Shown: positions 15,890 through 24,819 of the stretch, one piece after another
How positions within the stretch are numbered: the first letter of the stretch is position 1
How the letters are laid out: each line of letters begins with the position of its first letter
From: Candidatus Foliamicus sp.
Lineage (GTDB): Bacteria > Pseudomonadota > Gammaproteobacteria > Steroidobacterales > Foliamicaceae
Assembly: GCA_965261845.1 (NCBI GenBank)
Contig: OZ253475.1
Location: forward strand, 2,790,152-2,854,151
Direction: 5' to 3'
DNA: 64,000 bases
Notes under the pieces: generated by a model
Seen by the model: the letters and a program-made list of their open reading frames with translations, nothing else
The model's database searches: none
What the model was told of the DNA's origin: nothing
Position numbers and translations under genes: made by a program

Positions 15890-17847
15890 CCCGGCGCCAT
15901 CCACTCGCGCCGGCGCGCCGGGCTCATCGACCAGGGCAGCCACTCGTCCAACTGCGGCGGCGCCCGTGCACCCTGGGCCGCGCAGGCGCTGAGCCACTCC
16001 CGCAGCCAGCGGTGCACATCGATGCCGTTCAACGCGAGCGTCTCCATCACGGTGTACATCAGCGCGGTGAACCGCGCCCCGGCTTCGCTATCGGAACCGA
16101 ACGACAGGCGCCGTCCGATGACCGCGCCACGAAGCGTGCGTTCGGCAAAGTTGTTGTCCATGGGCACGTCAGGGCGTTCAAGGAACACGCAAAGGCCCGC
16201 GCGATGATTCAGCAGCGAGCGCAACGGCTTGCCCTCGATCGCCGCCTCTTCCAACGCCGCCAGTTCGCCTTCGGCGGTAGCGAACAGGCGCTCCAGCTCC
16301 GCTTCGAGCGCTTGCTGCGCGTCGGCGAACGCCCCGTCGGGTCGTTGCCGGCCGGGCTCGTAATGCGCCAACCGCTGCCGGTTCAGCCGGTAAATCGCAG
16401 CCACCCGTTGCAGCCACGCTTGGCACCAGTCCGTCAGGTGCACCTGCCCGGCGGCGGCGGCGATAAAATCGCGGCGTTGATGGACCCAACACCACGACAG
16501 GAGAATCCGGCCTTCCAGGAGGCGGGCCAGCTTCTTGTAGGTGGCGAGCCGGTCGACCACCAGCACCTGCTCGCCCGCGGCCCCACCGAACACCGTCAAG
16601 GCCGCCTCGGCGCTCCGCGACGGGTCGATGTGGAAGTACACCGCATCCCCCGTGACCGAGACCCACAGCCAGGCTCGACCGCTCCGCCCCGCCTGCCGCA
16701 GTGCCTGGATACGCCAGCCGGTCTCGTCACCGTGGCGCACCGCCGCCCGGTTCTGGCGATCGAGAATCGCCCGCGCCAGCGGCTCGAACAGCGGCGCGAA
16801 CCGGGCGATGCCGCCGGCCAGCGTGCCGGCAGAGACCGCAAGGCCCTGGTGCGTCAGCCAACCCGCAACCCCGTTGAGGGGGCGATGGCAGACATAGCGC
16901 TCGAACAGCACGCACGCCCACACGCTGGTCCCGTAGGAGGTGCGGGGGTACAGCCGATGCGGCGCCGGCGCGATGACCGCCTGCGGCGAGTCCTCACAGT
17001 CGCATGCCCGGCGCCAGCGGGGGCGGACGATACGGCGCCGATGCGCCCGCACCTCGATCTCGACGATCTCCGTGCACCGATCCCCGTTGGCGACGTACGG
17101 CGTGCCACAGCCCGAACAGCGGCGCGCCCGGGCCGCAAGATCCTGCACTTCATCCCGTTGCTCAAGCCCCGGCCGCGCCGTTCGGCCATGACCCCGGGCA
17201 CCGGCTTGCTGGCCGCGCCGACGATCGGAATGCGGCTTCTGCTGCCGCTCGCTCTTGCGCCCGTACAGCGTCTTCGACAGCACCGCGCGACTCGCGCGCA
17301 GGGCCGCCAACTCGGCCTCCAAGGCCTCAATGCGGGCGCTCATCCCGTCCTGCGCGGACACCGCCGCGCGCACTTCCTGGCGAAGTTCGGCGTTCCGCCG
17401 CCGCAGCAACGCGTTGCTCCGGCGCAGTGTTGCATTCTTCCGACACCACTCCGTATTCTTGCGCTGCAATTGCCCGACTCGCCGGCGTAACAACACCGGG
17501 GTGGAGCGCCACGACATACCCGCCGCCGACAGCAGCCGCTTAAGCTGCTCTACCTCCGCCTGCAACGACAGCGCGTCCCGCGCCGTGCGGCGCACCGCCT
17601 TGGTCTCCTCGCGGGCCTCGATCAGCTTGACGCGACCGGACTCAAACTGAGCCTTCCAGGACGCGGCCTTGCCACGGGCGCGAACTTCCGCCCAACGATA
17701 CTCCTGCGCTCGGGCCTCGGCCTCCGCCACGCACGCCTGCGCTTCCTCATACAGCAACCGCCAGTCGCGCGAGGAACAAGACCCCTCCGACCCTTCGACA
17801 ACCGTCAGTACGGCGCCAACATTCCGTGCGCAACTCGCCATGCGCAC
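15886..17847 (-). CDS. IS66-family transposase (TnpC-type)
   Basis: 653 aa. N-terminal coiled coil, then LYGRKSERQ, a Cys cluster (CSGCG), and ..HGDETGWRI..AWLWV..CWVHQRRDF..VPMDNNFAERTLRG. Confidence 0.9.
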   Translation of the reverse strand: MRMASCARNVGAVLTVVEGSEGSCSSRDWRLLYEEAQACVAEAEARAQEYRWAEVRARGKAASWKAQFESGRVKLIEAREETKAVRRTARDALSLQAEVEQLKRLLSAAGMSWRSTPVLLRRRVGQLQRKNTEWCRKNATLRRSNALLRRRNAELRQEVRAAVSAQDGMSARIEALEAELAALRASRAVLSKTLYGRKSERQQKPHSDRRRGQQAGARGHGRTARPGLEQRDEVQDLAARARRCSGCGTPYVANGDRCTEIVEIEVRAHRRRIVRPRWRRACDCEDSPQAVIAPAPHRLYPRTSYGTSVWACVLFERYVCHRPLNGVAGWLTHQGLAVSAGTLAGGIARFAPLFEPLARAILDRQNRAAVRHGDETGWRIQALRQAGRSGRAWLWVSVTGDAVYFHIDPSRSAEAALTVFGGAAGEQVLVVDRLATYKKLARLLEGRILLSWCWVHQRRDFIAAAAGQVHLTDWCQAWLQRVAAIYRLNRQRLAHYEPGRQRPDGAFADAQQALEAELERLFATAEGELAALEEAAIEGKPLRSLLNHRAGLCVFLERPDVPMDNNFAERTLRGAVIGRRLSFGSDSEAGARFTALMYTVMETLALNGIDVHRWLREWLSACAAQGARAPPQLDEWLPWSMSPARRREWMAPG

Positions 17848-19629
17848 AACAATAGCGAAATCCCGGTCCCGTTACCAGCCCCCTTTCACGGAACGCTTAC
17901 CCCCGATCGCCTTGACGCCGACCCCACGTTCCAGCAGCCGCATGGCAAAGGCATGTCGCAAGCTGTAGGAGGAGTAACGCCCGGACGGAAGACCGCACTG
18001 GCGGGACCGCTTCGCGAAGAGGTCGCAGACCGCGGTGTGCTTGAGGGCGCCGCTGGGCCGGCGCACGCGCAGGAACAACTCGCGCTGAGCGCACACCTCT
18101 CGCCCCCGATGCAAGTAACGGCGCAAGAGGCGAAGGGTTGGCGCGGCCAACGGCAACACCAGTTGCGAGTTGGTTTTGCGTTGCTGGACGCGTAGCGTCT
18201 TGGCCTCAAAATCCACCGAGTCGAGTTCCAGCGCCACGATCTCCGAGGGACGCAGGCCATAATGGGCCATCAGGTGCAGTATCGCGTAGTCGCGCCAGCC
18301 CGCCTTGCCCGCTCGATCAATCGAGCGCAGCAGTCGGAGTACCAGTGACCACGGCATGGCCCGCGGCGGTCGTTCGCCCCGATAGGTGCGAGGCGTGTCG
18401 ATCGTGTCCAGACGTGTCGGAATCAGCCGACAATCGAACGCAAAGGCCAGGAACGCGCGCAGGTGCGCGACCGTGTGCTGCAAAGTCTGTCGCGTGATCC
18501 GCGCACTCTTCATCGACAGATAGCGCTCGACATGGACCGCGTTCAGCACGGCTAGCGAATCCGTCGAACCGAGCGCGTGGTCCAGAAAGCCCGACACCGT
18601 CGACACGTGTTGCGCGGTCGTTGAGAGTGCGAAACCGCGTACTTCACGCAAAAACCGACCGTACTCCTCGATACCCCGCTGCCGTCCGCTCAGCGGCATG
18701 ACTTCCAGGCGACCACAAGCCGCGAGGAATCGTCGGTAGGCGCATCGTGTCGCCCGGTAGCCGATCGCTTGACGGTCCGGTACGCCCTGAAACGCGAACA
18801 GTTCCTTGAGCCGGCGGACCGAGTAGGCTGTGTTGGATCCGGCTTCTCCGTCACGCTCGAACACGTGCCGCAACCGACGAAGGTGCCCGCAGGTGTTCTG
18901 GCGCGAGTAGCCACTGGCCATCAGCCAGGCGCCAAACGCCTCAAGCTCCTCGCCGCAGCACGATTGCTCGTAACGAGGGTGATACCTGGGAAAAAGTGTA
19001 CGCAGCATGACTGCCTCCTAATTGTTGTCTTCGGAGGCACTACGCTGCCAGCTAACGATTTGTTATGTTGAGTTCCGGTCAGAAACGGCGTGCTTGCATC
19101 AGTGGCCCGAGGAACGAACTCCACATAAGTGACAACTCAACATAACTCGACGAGCTCGGCTACCTGCCCTTTGCCCAGGCCGGCGGCCAGTTGCTGTTCC
19201 ATCTCATCAGCAAGCTCTATGAACGCACGTCCATCGCGGTGACCACGAACCTGGCCTTCGGGGAATGGCCCAGTGCGTTCGGCGACGCGAAAATGACCAC
19301 GGCCCTGCTCGACCGTCTCACCCATCATTGCGACATCATCGAGACGGGCAACGAGAGTTGGCGGTTCAAGAACCGTTCCTGATCGGCAAAGCACCCTACA
19401 CGGCCCATCCGGACGGGCCCGGCCACAATCACGATGGTCCGGCCAGACTTATCCATGCCTTGTACACCGCCCCGCCATTGTGTTTAAGGCACGCGGGTCC
19501 GTGCACAAGGCATGGATAAGTCTGCTTCTCAAGACTCCAACGCTGCCCCCCCCCAGAAGCCTGTTCGGGTGGGTCAATTTTGGACGCCGATAGTGGGTCA
19601 ATATTCAATGCCGATTGACAATTTGCAAG

Positions 19630-19995
19630 GTGGACCGCCGGATCCATACGCTGACCAATCGCCCGAGTGAACTGCTGAGCGAGGACCAGAAAAGCACCAT
19701 GGTGGACGGTTAGTTTCTGTGGCGAACGGTGGACTCGATTCTCTTCGTCGAGGCGATCAGTACCGGTGAAAGCGCAGTGGAGAAACTGCAGGATCTTTAC
19801 CTCTCCAGCAACAGGATCATCATTAGCAATATTGCGCGGGACGCATTTATCCGGCTGGGCCTGGAGCACGAAGACATGGACGAGGCGGCCGAGGAGTGGG
19901 AGGAAGTTCGCATGGCCAATCCTTCAATTTGGCTTTTTCGCTCCTACGCCCTTCTCGATATATCATGCAATCCAGTTGATGGGCGTACCGACTAA
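19630..19995 (+). pseudogene. hflC: hflC remnant downstream of IS21, with an in-frame TAG at 19711-19713 and a divergent, truncated 3' end
   Basis: VDRRIHTLTNRPSELLSEDQKSTMVDG*FLWRTVDS.. parallels E. coli HflC (..LDARIQTMDNQADRFVTKEKKDLIVDSYIKWRISDF). About 7 residues are missing at the IS21 junction. Confidence 0.5.
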
Positions 19996-21360
19996 TAACG
20001 GTTCCTTCTACGGGAAAGGCTATCGGTCTTATCGGTGGGGATTTGGAGAATGCAAGAACCTTGGGCCTGGAATGAAGGGGGCGCGATGACCACACAACGC
20101 AAGTGGCTGGAAACGCTCGGGCAGTTTGCTGCGAAGGTGATGCAGGACGTCATATACCTAGTAGGCGTGGGCACCATTATTTCGGTGCTGGTTTGGCAAG
20201 AATTCGTTGCGAATGTTGGGGGTTCTACGCCGTGGCAACGTTAGCAGTCGCTTACCGCGCACTGTGGACTGCAGCCAAGATCATTTGGCAATCGCGCAGG
20301 GCCACCGCCCCGCCGAAGGCCGAACCCGAAGCCCGCTAGGCGCTTTCGTTCACCTGGCATAACAGCAGGCCCGGCCCTTCGGTAGAGGGGCCAAGCCTTT
20401 TCCTGCGCGACAAACCCCCCGAATACGTACGGCTAACCGTACGCGTCCCGCGCTCCGAGCAGGACCAACTGCGGGCGCTCGCGCGCTGGCGCAGGGCTTC
20501 CATGACGGCCCTGGCGCGCCAAGCCATAAGGATTACATCGAACCCGAGGACCACGCCGGCAAGGACCCGCCGGAGACCGACCGCGGGCGAGCGCATTTGC
20601 GATTGATGCGAACCACGCTCACGGCCCGGAATTAAAAGCGCGGTCCCCACTGACGAAGGGAGCTGCGCCCGGCGTCGGTTGGGCGGCATAAGGAGTAGCG
20701 ACCGAGAACCGACTGGTCGGCGACTGTGTGCCGCGGACGCCGGCCAATCTCACACCCAATGAAAGTCCTATTCGAACTGGGCCGGCGCTTGCTTCGTTCT
20801 TATGCTGGGCTTTTGCCGTGTCCCGCGATCATGGTCTGCGCAATTACCGATCAGGATCGCCAGCCCCGTCTGCCGGAATCTCGCCACTGGCCTAAACGAC
20901 ACCAAGCGCAAGCTCCGGCCCTCTGCAGCGCGCTGCCCCCTATGCGTTAGGCTCCGTTCTTTCCGCCAGGTAGAGAGCGGCCCTGCAGGAGCGGCGAAGC
21001 GCTCCACGTTCTCGGGGATGTATGCGGGCCGTGAGTCCCGTTGATGGATCCGTGCAGAAATCGCCGTCTTAGGCGGCAAATGGTGCGATATTCAACACGG
21101 GGGGTCTCGGCGAATTGCCGCCCAACGCGGCGGGTTGGGGTCGATCGCACCGAATTGGCGTAGTAAATGGGGCCTGCAGGCCAAAAAACGCCAGTTCGGC
21201 AGGATTAGGACCCACCAGGACGCTGTAGCGTCCGGCGTGTGTCAGCAGCTTGGGCGCATTGCAACGCGAGGGCGTTTACATCAGTGAATTTGCCCCTGCC
21301 CACGGTTGGGTCCATGCCCGGGAAGCTCGGCGCGACGTGTCGGCGCCGGACAGGCTTGGT

Positions 21361-22426
21361 TCAGGCCTTCCTGAATCGCCAGCCGTACATGGTACGCTCG
21401 TAGAAATTGAACCACTTCCTTGCTTTAGGATCTTCGAACGGGTAGTCCGCTCCGAGTTGCCGCGCCGTAACGAGGCCGGTCAGGAAACAGGTTTCCTGAC
21501 TGTTGATCAATGTGTGGGCCCCACAGTGCCATACGCGCCTCTTGCCCTGGACGAAGCGAAACATCTGGACCAGAAGAGCCACGTGGCGAACGTCGTGCAC
21601 GACGTGTTGGAACCACCATTTCTTGACGATCTTGCCTTCGTCGATCGGACTGATCGGGTTGTAGGTCACCAGGCAGGGCTTGTCGGAGCGATTCGCCCAG
21701 GGCTGCTGGTTGTGCATGATGTAGGTGATTTCGTAGTTGTCTGGTCTCACGCCGTATTGCTTGATGTGATTGCTCCGGGTCGCGAGCGGCTTCACGGCGC
21801 TGTCCGGAAGTATCGAGGCGTCCGAATGCACGATCGTATGGTTGTGCAGTTCGCTTTCGTAACGGATCGAAGACAGAAGGCAGTTCTCAATAAAGGAAGG
21901 TTTGTCCAGGATCATCAAGGTCTGGTTCGCATTGCAGGCGAAAACCACATCGTGGAATGTCTCTTTGTTTCCGTTTTCATCCTCCACTACCACATCAGTG
22001 GAATGCCGGTACACCTTTCGGACCGGCCGGGCGAGGTAGATCCTGTCCCGAAGGGCGGCCGACATCTCTTCGTAGATTCGCCGCGTGCCCTGGTTCCAGG
22101 TCCGCATCGGCGTTGCGGATTCGATATCGAAGAACTCTAGGTAACGGGCGAACAGGGACGCGGGCATGTCGGAAACGTTCGTCGCCATCAGGAAGTTCAC
22201 GAACAACGGTTTGAGAATCTTGTAGCGGAAATCGTCGGAGAATCGGCCAAAGTTCAGCATCGCGCCCATGCTGACGTAGTTGAACGGGTTGAGGGCATTG
22301 AGGAATCGGGATCTGATCTTGCGCTTCGTAGAGTCGAAAGTCGAATCGATCAGGATGTTGGTTAAGCGCCCAGGCCACCCCGAGCCCCGAGACTCCCGCA
22401 CCGATAATAGCTACCCTTCTCGGCAT
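21361..22426 (-). pseudogene. NAD(P)/FAD-binding oxidoreductase, apparently frameshifted near 22.33-22.40 kb
   Basis: The Rossmann N-terminus MPRRVAIIGAGVSGLGVAWAL.....RLYEA (start 22426) is in a different frame from the 346-aa body (21361-22401). A sequencing error cannot be excluded. Confidence 0.55.
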
Positions 22427-22456
22427 GGTCGCCCCTCGCTTCATTTTCTTCAAGGC

Positions 22457-22711
22457 TCACACTCTAGCATTGTCCGCGTCGCCCTGAACTTTCAGTCTGA
22501 CTTGGCGCCGGGCCTTGTGCATCGCTTCCTGCGGAAACAAGTCCCGCTTATTCGCCCGAATCCGGGCTGTTTCATTCGGCGGGAGGCCCGGCAGGGCATC
22601 CGTGGAAAGAAATGCACAGCCCGAATATACGGAGTATGGGCGGCGAAGGTATCCGACAACGCCTACAAGCAGAAAAGAAAGTGCCGCCCACAACCGTTTG
22701 GTAAAGGTCAT
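22457..22711 (-). CDS. Small membrane protein (hypothetical)
   Basis: 84 aa with one predicted TM (LWAALSFLLVGVVGYL). ATGA overlap with the upstream ORF. It sits 30 nt upstream of the oxidoreductase. Confidence 0.35.
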   Translation of the reverse strand: MTFTKRLWAALSFLLVGVVGYLRRPYSVYSGCAFLSTDALPGLPPNETARIRANKRDLFPQEAMHKARRQVRLKVQGDADNARV

Positions 22712-23019
22712 TCCGTCTTTTCTTGCCTATATTTCGCCAGGGCGCGGCCTACGAACAACTGCGCGTAAATTCGCCGAAACAATACGCCGAGAGCCAGATA
22801 GCCTGCCCCGGCAGCAATTGTCGCCGCGCCAGCGACGACCAATCCTTTACTCAACCCGAGGTTAACGAGAAGTCCGAGCAGCGCAAGTGGAACCAAGGTG
22901 CGAGTCCAGAGAGTGGGCCTGTGTTTCCGTCGAAGGGTAACGTATTCCCGTGAAGGGTGTCCGTGTCCTTCAATCGCCTCTTGCAGGTCGGGCGACAATG
23001 TGAGACTCCCGCCAAACAA
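22708..23019 (-). CDS. Small membrane protein (hypothetical)
   Basis: 103 aa with two hydrophobic segments. First gene of a putative three-gene operon. The IS3 left end begins 13 nt upstream. Confidence 0.35.
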   Translation of the reverse strand: MFGGSLTLSPDLQEAIEGHGHPSREYVTLRRKHRPTLWTRTLVPLALLGLLVNLGLSKGLVVAGAATIAAGAGYLALGVLFRRIYAQLFVGRALAKYRQEKTE

Positions 23020-23071
23020 AATGTATCTGGTTGAATCGAGCCGGGTTTACCGGAGGCTCCGGATCTTGAGA

Positions 23072-23170
23072 TGGAGTGCCCCAGGTTTGGTGGACACTTC
23101 CGGGCTATGTTGGAGTGCCCCCGATTTGGTAGACACTTCCGGGCTATGATTGGAGTGCCCCCGGTTTGGT
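23072..23170 (+). repeat. ~39-bp tandem repeat of the IS3 subterminal sequence, 2.5 copies here. The third copy continues at 24574-24612 after the nested IS.
   Basis: TGGAGTGCCCC(A/C)GGTTTGGT(G/A)GACACTTCCGGGCTATG(T/AT) at 23072, 23111 and 23151. A single related copy (..GAGTCAAGCCGCCATGGCCGACACTTCC) occurs at the other IS3 end at 59.12 kb. Confidence 0.85.
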
Positions 23171-23174
23171 GTTG

Positions 23175-24573
23175 TGTAGAGAGCACATAACTTGTCCGGT
23201 TTTAGAGCACATAAAGTGTCCGGTTTGGAGTTTACCCTCAAGGGGGTTGCGCGCTCCCCGTGAAGGGAGCGTAGCGACCGGAGCGGGGAGCGCGCAAAAG
23301 CGGTCATGCGGCCCTCTCCAGTTGCTCGGTTTGCGGGTGTCCATCGGGCCCGTAACGGGCCAACAGCCGGGGGCCGTGCCAGATCGATAGCGTGCCGTTC
23401 ATATGTCGACGCACCTTTACGCGGACCTTGAAATAGTGCGGACGGTAGCGGCTCGCCGGCAGTTGCAGCGCCTGTCTCTCGAACCGCACACAGTTGTCGC
23501 GGCCCACCGTTCGCTCGTGGATCTCGCACAGAATGTTGTCGAGGCGGGCGATCTCGGCCATCGCCACGAAGGCGCTCTTGTCCTCCGCAGGCGATCGGCG
23601 GAACTCGGCATTGAACGCCGGCTGATAGACCTCGGCGAGATAACGGTTGGCCCCGGCCATGTCCGCGATCCCCGCCAAGGCCAGCTCCCGCACCAGGCGG
23701 CCCTGGTGGGTGCGAAAGGCCCGCTCGGAGCGCCCTCGCGCTTCGGGCGAATACGCCGGGATCATGTCGATGCCCAAATCCTGCATCATCGCCCGACCGA
23801 ACTGCGTAAGCTTCGTCTTGTCCACCTTGCCGCCCGCCTCGGGCGTGTGCCAGTAGTGCGAGGCCCGGTCCGTATACAACGAACAGAAAAGCCCTTTGGA
23901 CTCAATCACCTCACGCACCCCCGCAAAACTGCTCCATGTGCCTTCCTCTTCGCAAAAGAACATCGAGTAGTGCTCATTGGTGGCGTCGTCCATCGTCACG
24001 ATCAAGTCCCACACCCGGCCTTTGACCCACTCATGCGAACTGCCGTCCTGGTGCAGCATCACCCCCGGCCACGGCGCCGGGTCGCGCTTGCGCCGGTGCT
24101 TGCCCCGACCCTTGCCCTTCGACACCGCCCCGTGCGCCTGAAGCTTGTTCCTCACCCACGTGTAACTGCGACGGCCCCCCGCGCGCCGATACCAGGAATA
24201 GTAGTGGCGAATGTTCCAACCCTCGTGCCGCGTCCGGTAGCGATCCACCATCCGCATCACCTCGTCCACCGGCGCCGCACGGTGCGAGGCCCGCGACACC
24301 CGGCGGTCCCGCAATCCCTCAATACCGTCCTCGCCATAGCGAACCGTCCAGCGCCGAAACGTCCTTGTACTCACCCCCAGCAACGCCGCCGCCTGATCCT
24401 GCGTCAAACAGCCGCCTTCCCAGTCCCGAAGCGCTTCCTCAAACATCCCCAAACGCCTCCACTCGCGATGCGTGGCCGTCCCCATCTCGCACTCCCCAAG
24501 AACAAGAAACGCTCCAAGATACGACCGGACACTTTATGTGCTCTAAAACCGGACAAGTTATGTGCTCTCTACA
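23175..24573 (-). mobile_element. rve-type IS (ISNCY/IS1202-like or IS481-like) with perfect 50-bp terminal inverted repeats
   Basis: TGTAGAGAGCACATAACTTGTCCGGTTTTAGAGCACATAAAGTGTCCGGT is present at 23175 and, as a perfect reverse complement, ending at 24573. The 18-bp GAGTGCCCCCGGTTTGGT occurs at 23153-23170 and at 24574-24591. Confidence 0.85.
23304..24485 (-). CDS. DDE (integrase-core/rve) transposase with an N-terminal HTH
   Basis: 393 aa. LTQDQAAALLGVSTRTFRRW..YGEDGIEGLRDRR, then HQDGSSHEW...VTMDDATNE..LYTDRASHY and ..AYSPEARGRSER. Confidence 0.85.
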   Translation of the reverse strand: MGTATHREWRRLGMFEEALRDWEGGCLTQDQAAALLGVSTRTFRRWTVRYGEDGIEGLRDRRVSRASHRAAPVDEVMRMVDRYRTRHEGWNIRHYYSWYRRAGGRRSYTWVRNKLQAHGAVSKGKGRGKHRRKRDPAPWPGVMLHQDGSSHEWVKGRVWDLIVTMDDATNEHYSMFFCEEEGTWSSFAGVREVIESKGLFCSLYTDRASHYWHTPEAGGKVDKTKLTQFGRAMMQDLGIDMIPAYSPEARGRSERAFRTHQGRLVRELALAGIADMAGANRYLAEVYQPAFNAEFRRSPAEDKSAFVAMAEIARLDNILCEIHERTVGRDNCVRFERQALQLPASRYRPHYFKVRVKVRRHMNGTLSIWHGPRLLARYGPDGHPQTEQLERAA

Positions 24574-24632
24574 GAGTGCCCCCGGTTTGGTAGACACTTC
24601 CGGGCTATGACCTGAGCATAGGAGGAAGTGCC

Positions 24633-24737
24633 ATGAGCAACCAAAGATACAGTCCAGAATTCAAGGACGAAGCCGTCCGACAGATCGTCGATCGCGGATA
24701 TTCCGTGGCGGAAGTTTCGGAACGCCTCGGCGTTTCG
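24633..24737 (+). pseudogene. IS3-family orfA N-terminal fragment
   Basis: MSNQRYSPEFKDEAVRQIVDRGYSVAEVSERLGVS is a conserved IS3 OrfA HTH. The rest of the ORF is unrelated. Confidence 0.75.
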
Positions 24738-24819
24738 GTGCAAATGGCGGAAGGTGCGCCGTATTTTGCGCGCCGGGTCCGCCGCCAAGGCAGCGAGGCC
24801 GAATCATGGTCGCCCGTTG

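Larger units (their letters stand above)
14975..17900 (-). mobile_element. IS66-family element (2,926 bp) with an 8-bp target duplication
   Basis: Both ends start with GTAAGCGTTC (typical IS66 termini GTAAGCG). It is flanked by CCCCGATC at 14967-14974 and 17901-17908. Confidence 0.9.
14843..19008 (-). pseudogene. Tyrosine recombinase, first gene of the RIT trio, interrupted by IS66 and probably carrying an extra 1-nt frameshift
   Basis: The 17901-19008 part encodes ..HYGLRPSEIVAL..YSLRHAFAMRLLERGVGVKAIG. After removing the IS, the read continues DLLGHRSLE. The expected box-II tail TCVYLRLDIKALRAVALPVP.. is in another frame from ~14940 (gaggc where gagggc would keep the frame). Confidence 0.7.
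12753..19145 (-). mobile_element. Recombinase-in-trio (RIT) element carrying three tyrosine recombinase genes, itself hit by IS66
   Basis: Imperfect terminal inverted repeats of the form TTATGTTG, 9 nt, TTATGTGGAGTT at both ends (12753 onward; reverse complement of 19145 onward). Flanked by the direct repeat CTCGAC (12747-12752 and 19146-19151). Three co-oriented overlapping tyrosine recombinase genes. Confidence 0.8.
12255..19382 (+). pseudogene. istB: istB (IS21 helper ATPase) split by a 6.39-kb insertion. The two parts are 12255-12752 and 19146-19382.
   Basis: The left part contains Walker A (LVLVGGTGTGKTHL) and ends ..DLIILD. The right part resumes [78 protein letters not shown] in the same frame. 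CTCGAC is present on both sides. Confidence 0.9.
10637..19627 (+). mobile_element. IS21-family element (istA plus split istB) carrying a nested RIT/IS66 insertion
   Basis: Left end: TGCATGTTAATCGGCGTGCAATAGTGACCCACTATCGG...CGTCCAAAATTGACCC. Right end (reverse complement): TGCAAATTGTCAATCGGCATTGAATATTGACCCACTATCGGCGTCCAAAATTGACCC. These are the multiple terminal repeats typical of IS21. No target duplication was detected and the end coordinates are good to a few nt. Confidence 0.8.
23032..24740 (+). mobile_element. Truncated IS3-family (IS51/IS629-like) element. The left IR, a triplicated subterminal repeat and the first ~35 codons of orfA remain.
   Basis: The IRL TGAATCGAGCCGGGTTTACCGGAGGCT resembles the IS629-type IRL (TGAACCGCCCCGGGAATCCTGGAGACT). 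The orfA start is MSNQRYSPEFKDEAVRQIVDRGYSVAEVSERLGVS. Similarity is lost after ~24737. Confidence 0.7.

Noticed and set aside
20035-20339. Two overlapping small ORFs that could be one frameshifted two-TM protein, with the switch at a G5 run near 20216.
   Set aside because: There is no family signature and the ORFs are short. Coding status cannot be supported from sequence alone.
20400-20606. Possible RHH/CopG-like antitoxin remnant (..EYVRLTVRVPRSEQDQLRALARWRRASMTALARQAIRI..).
   Set aside because: The strand-helix-helix pattern is suggestive, but the frame has no ATG/GTG/TTG start after the preceding stop, no partner toxin is recognisable, and an antisense ORF competes with it. It is too weak to call.
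23032-23058. The ~27-bp direct repeat TGAATC..CCGGGTTTACCGGAGGCT at 23032 and 59086, considered as possible attL/attR of the conjugative element.
   Set aside because: Both copies are followed by IS3-type sequence (orfA at one site, the orfB C-terminus at the other). The motif also resembles IS629-type terminal inverted repeats. They are IS ends, not attachment sites.
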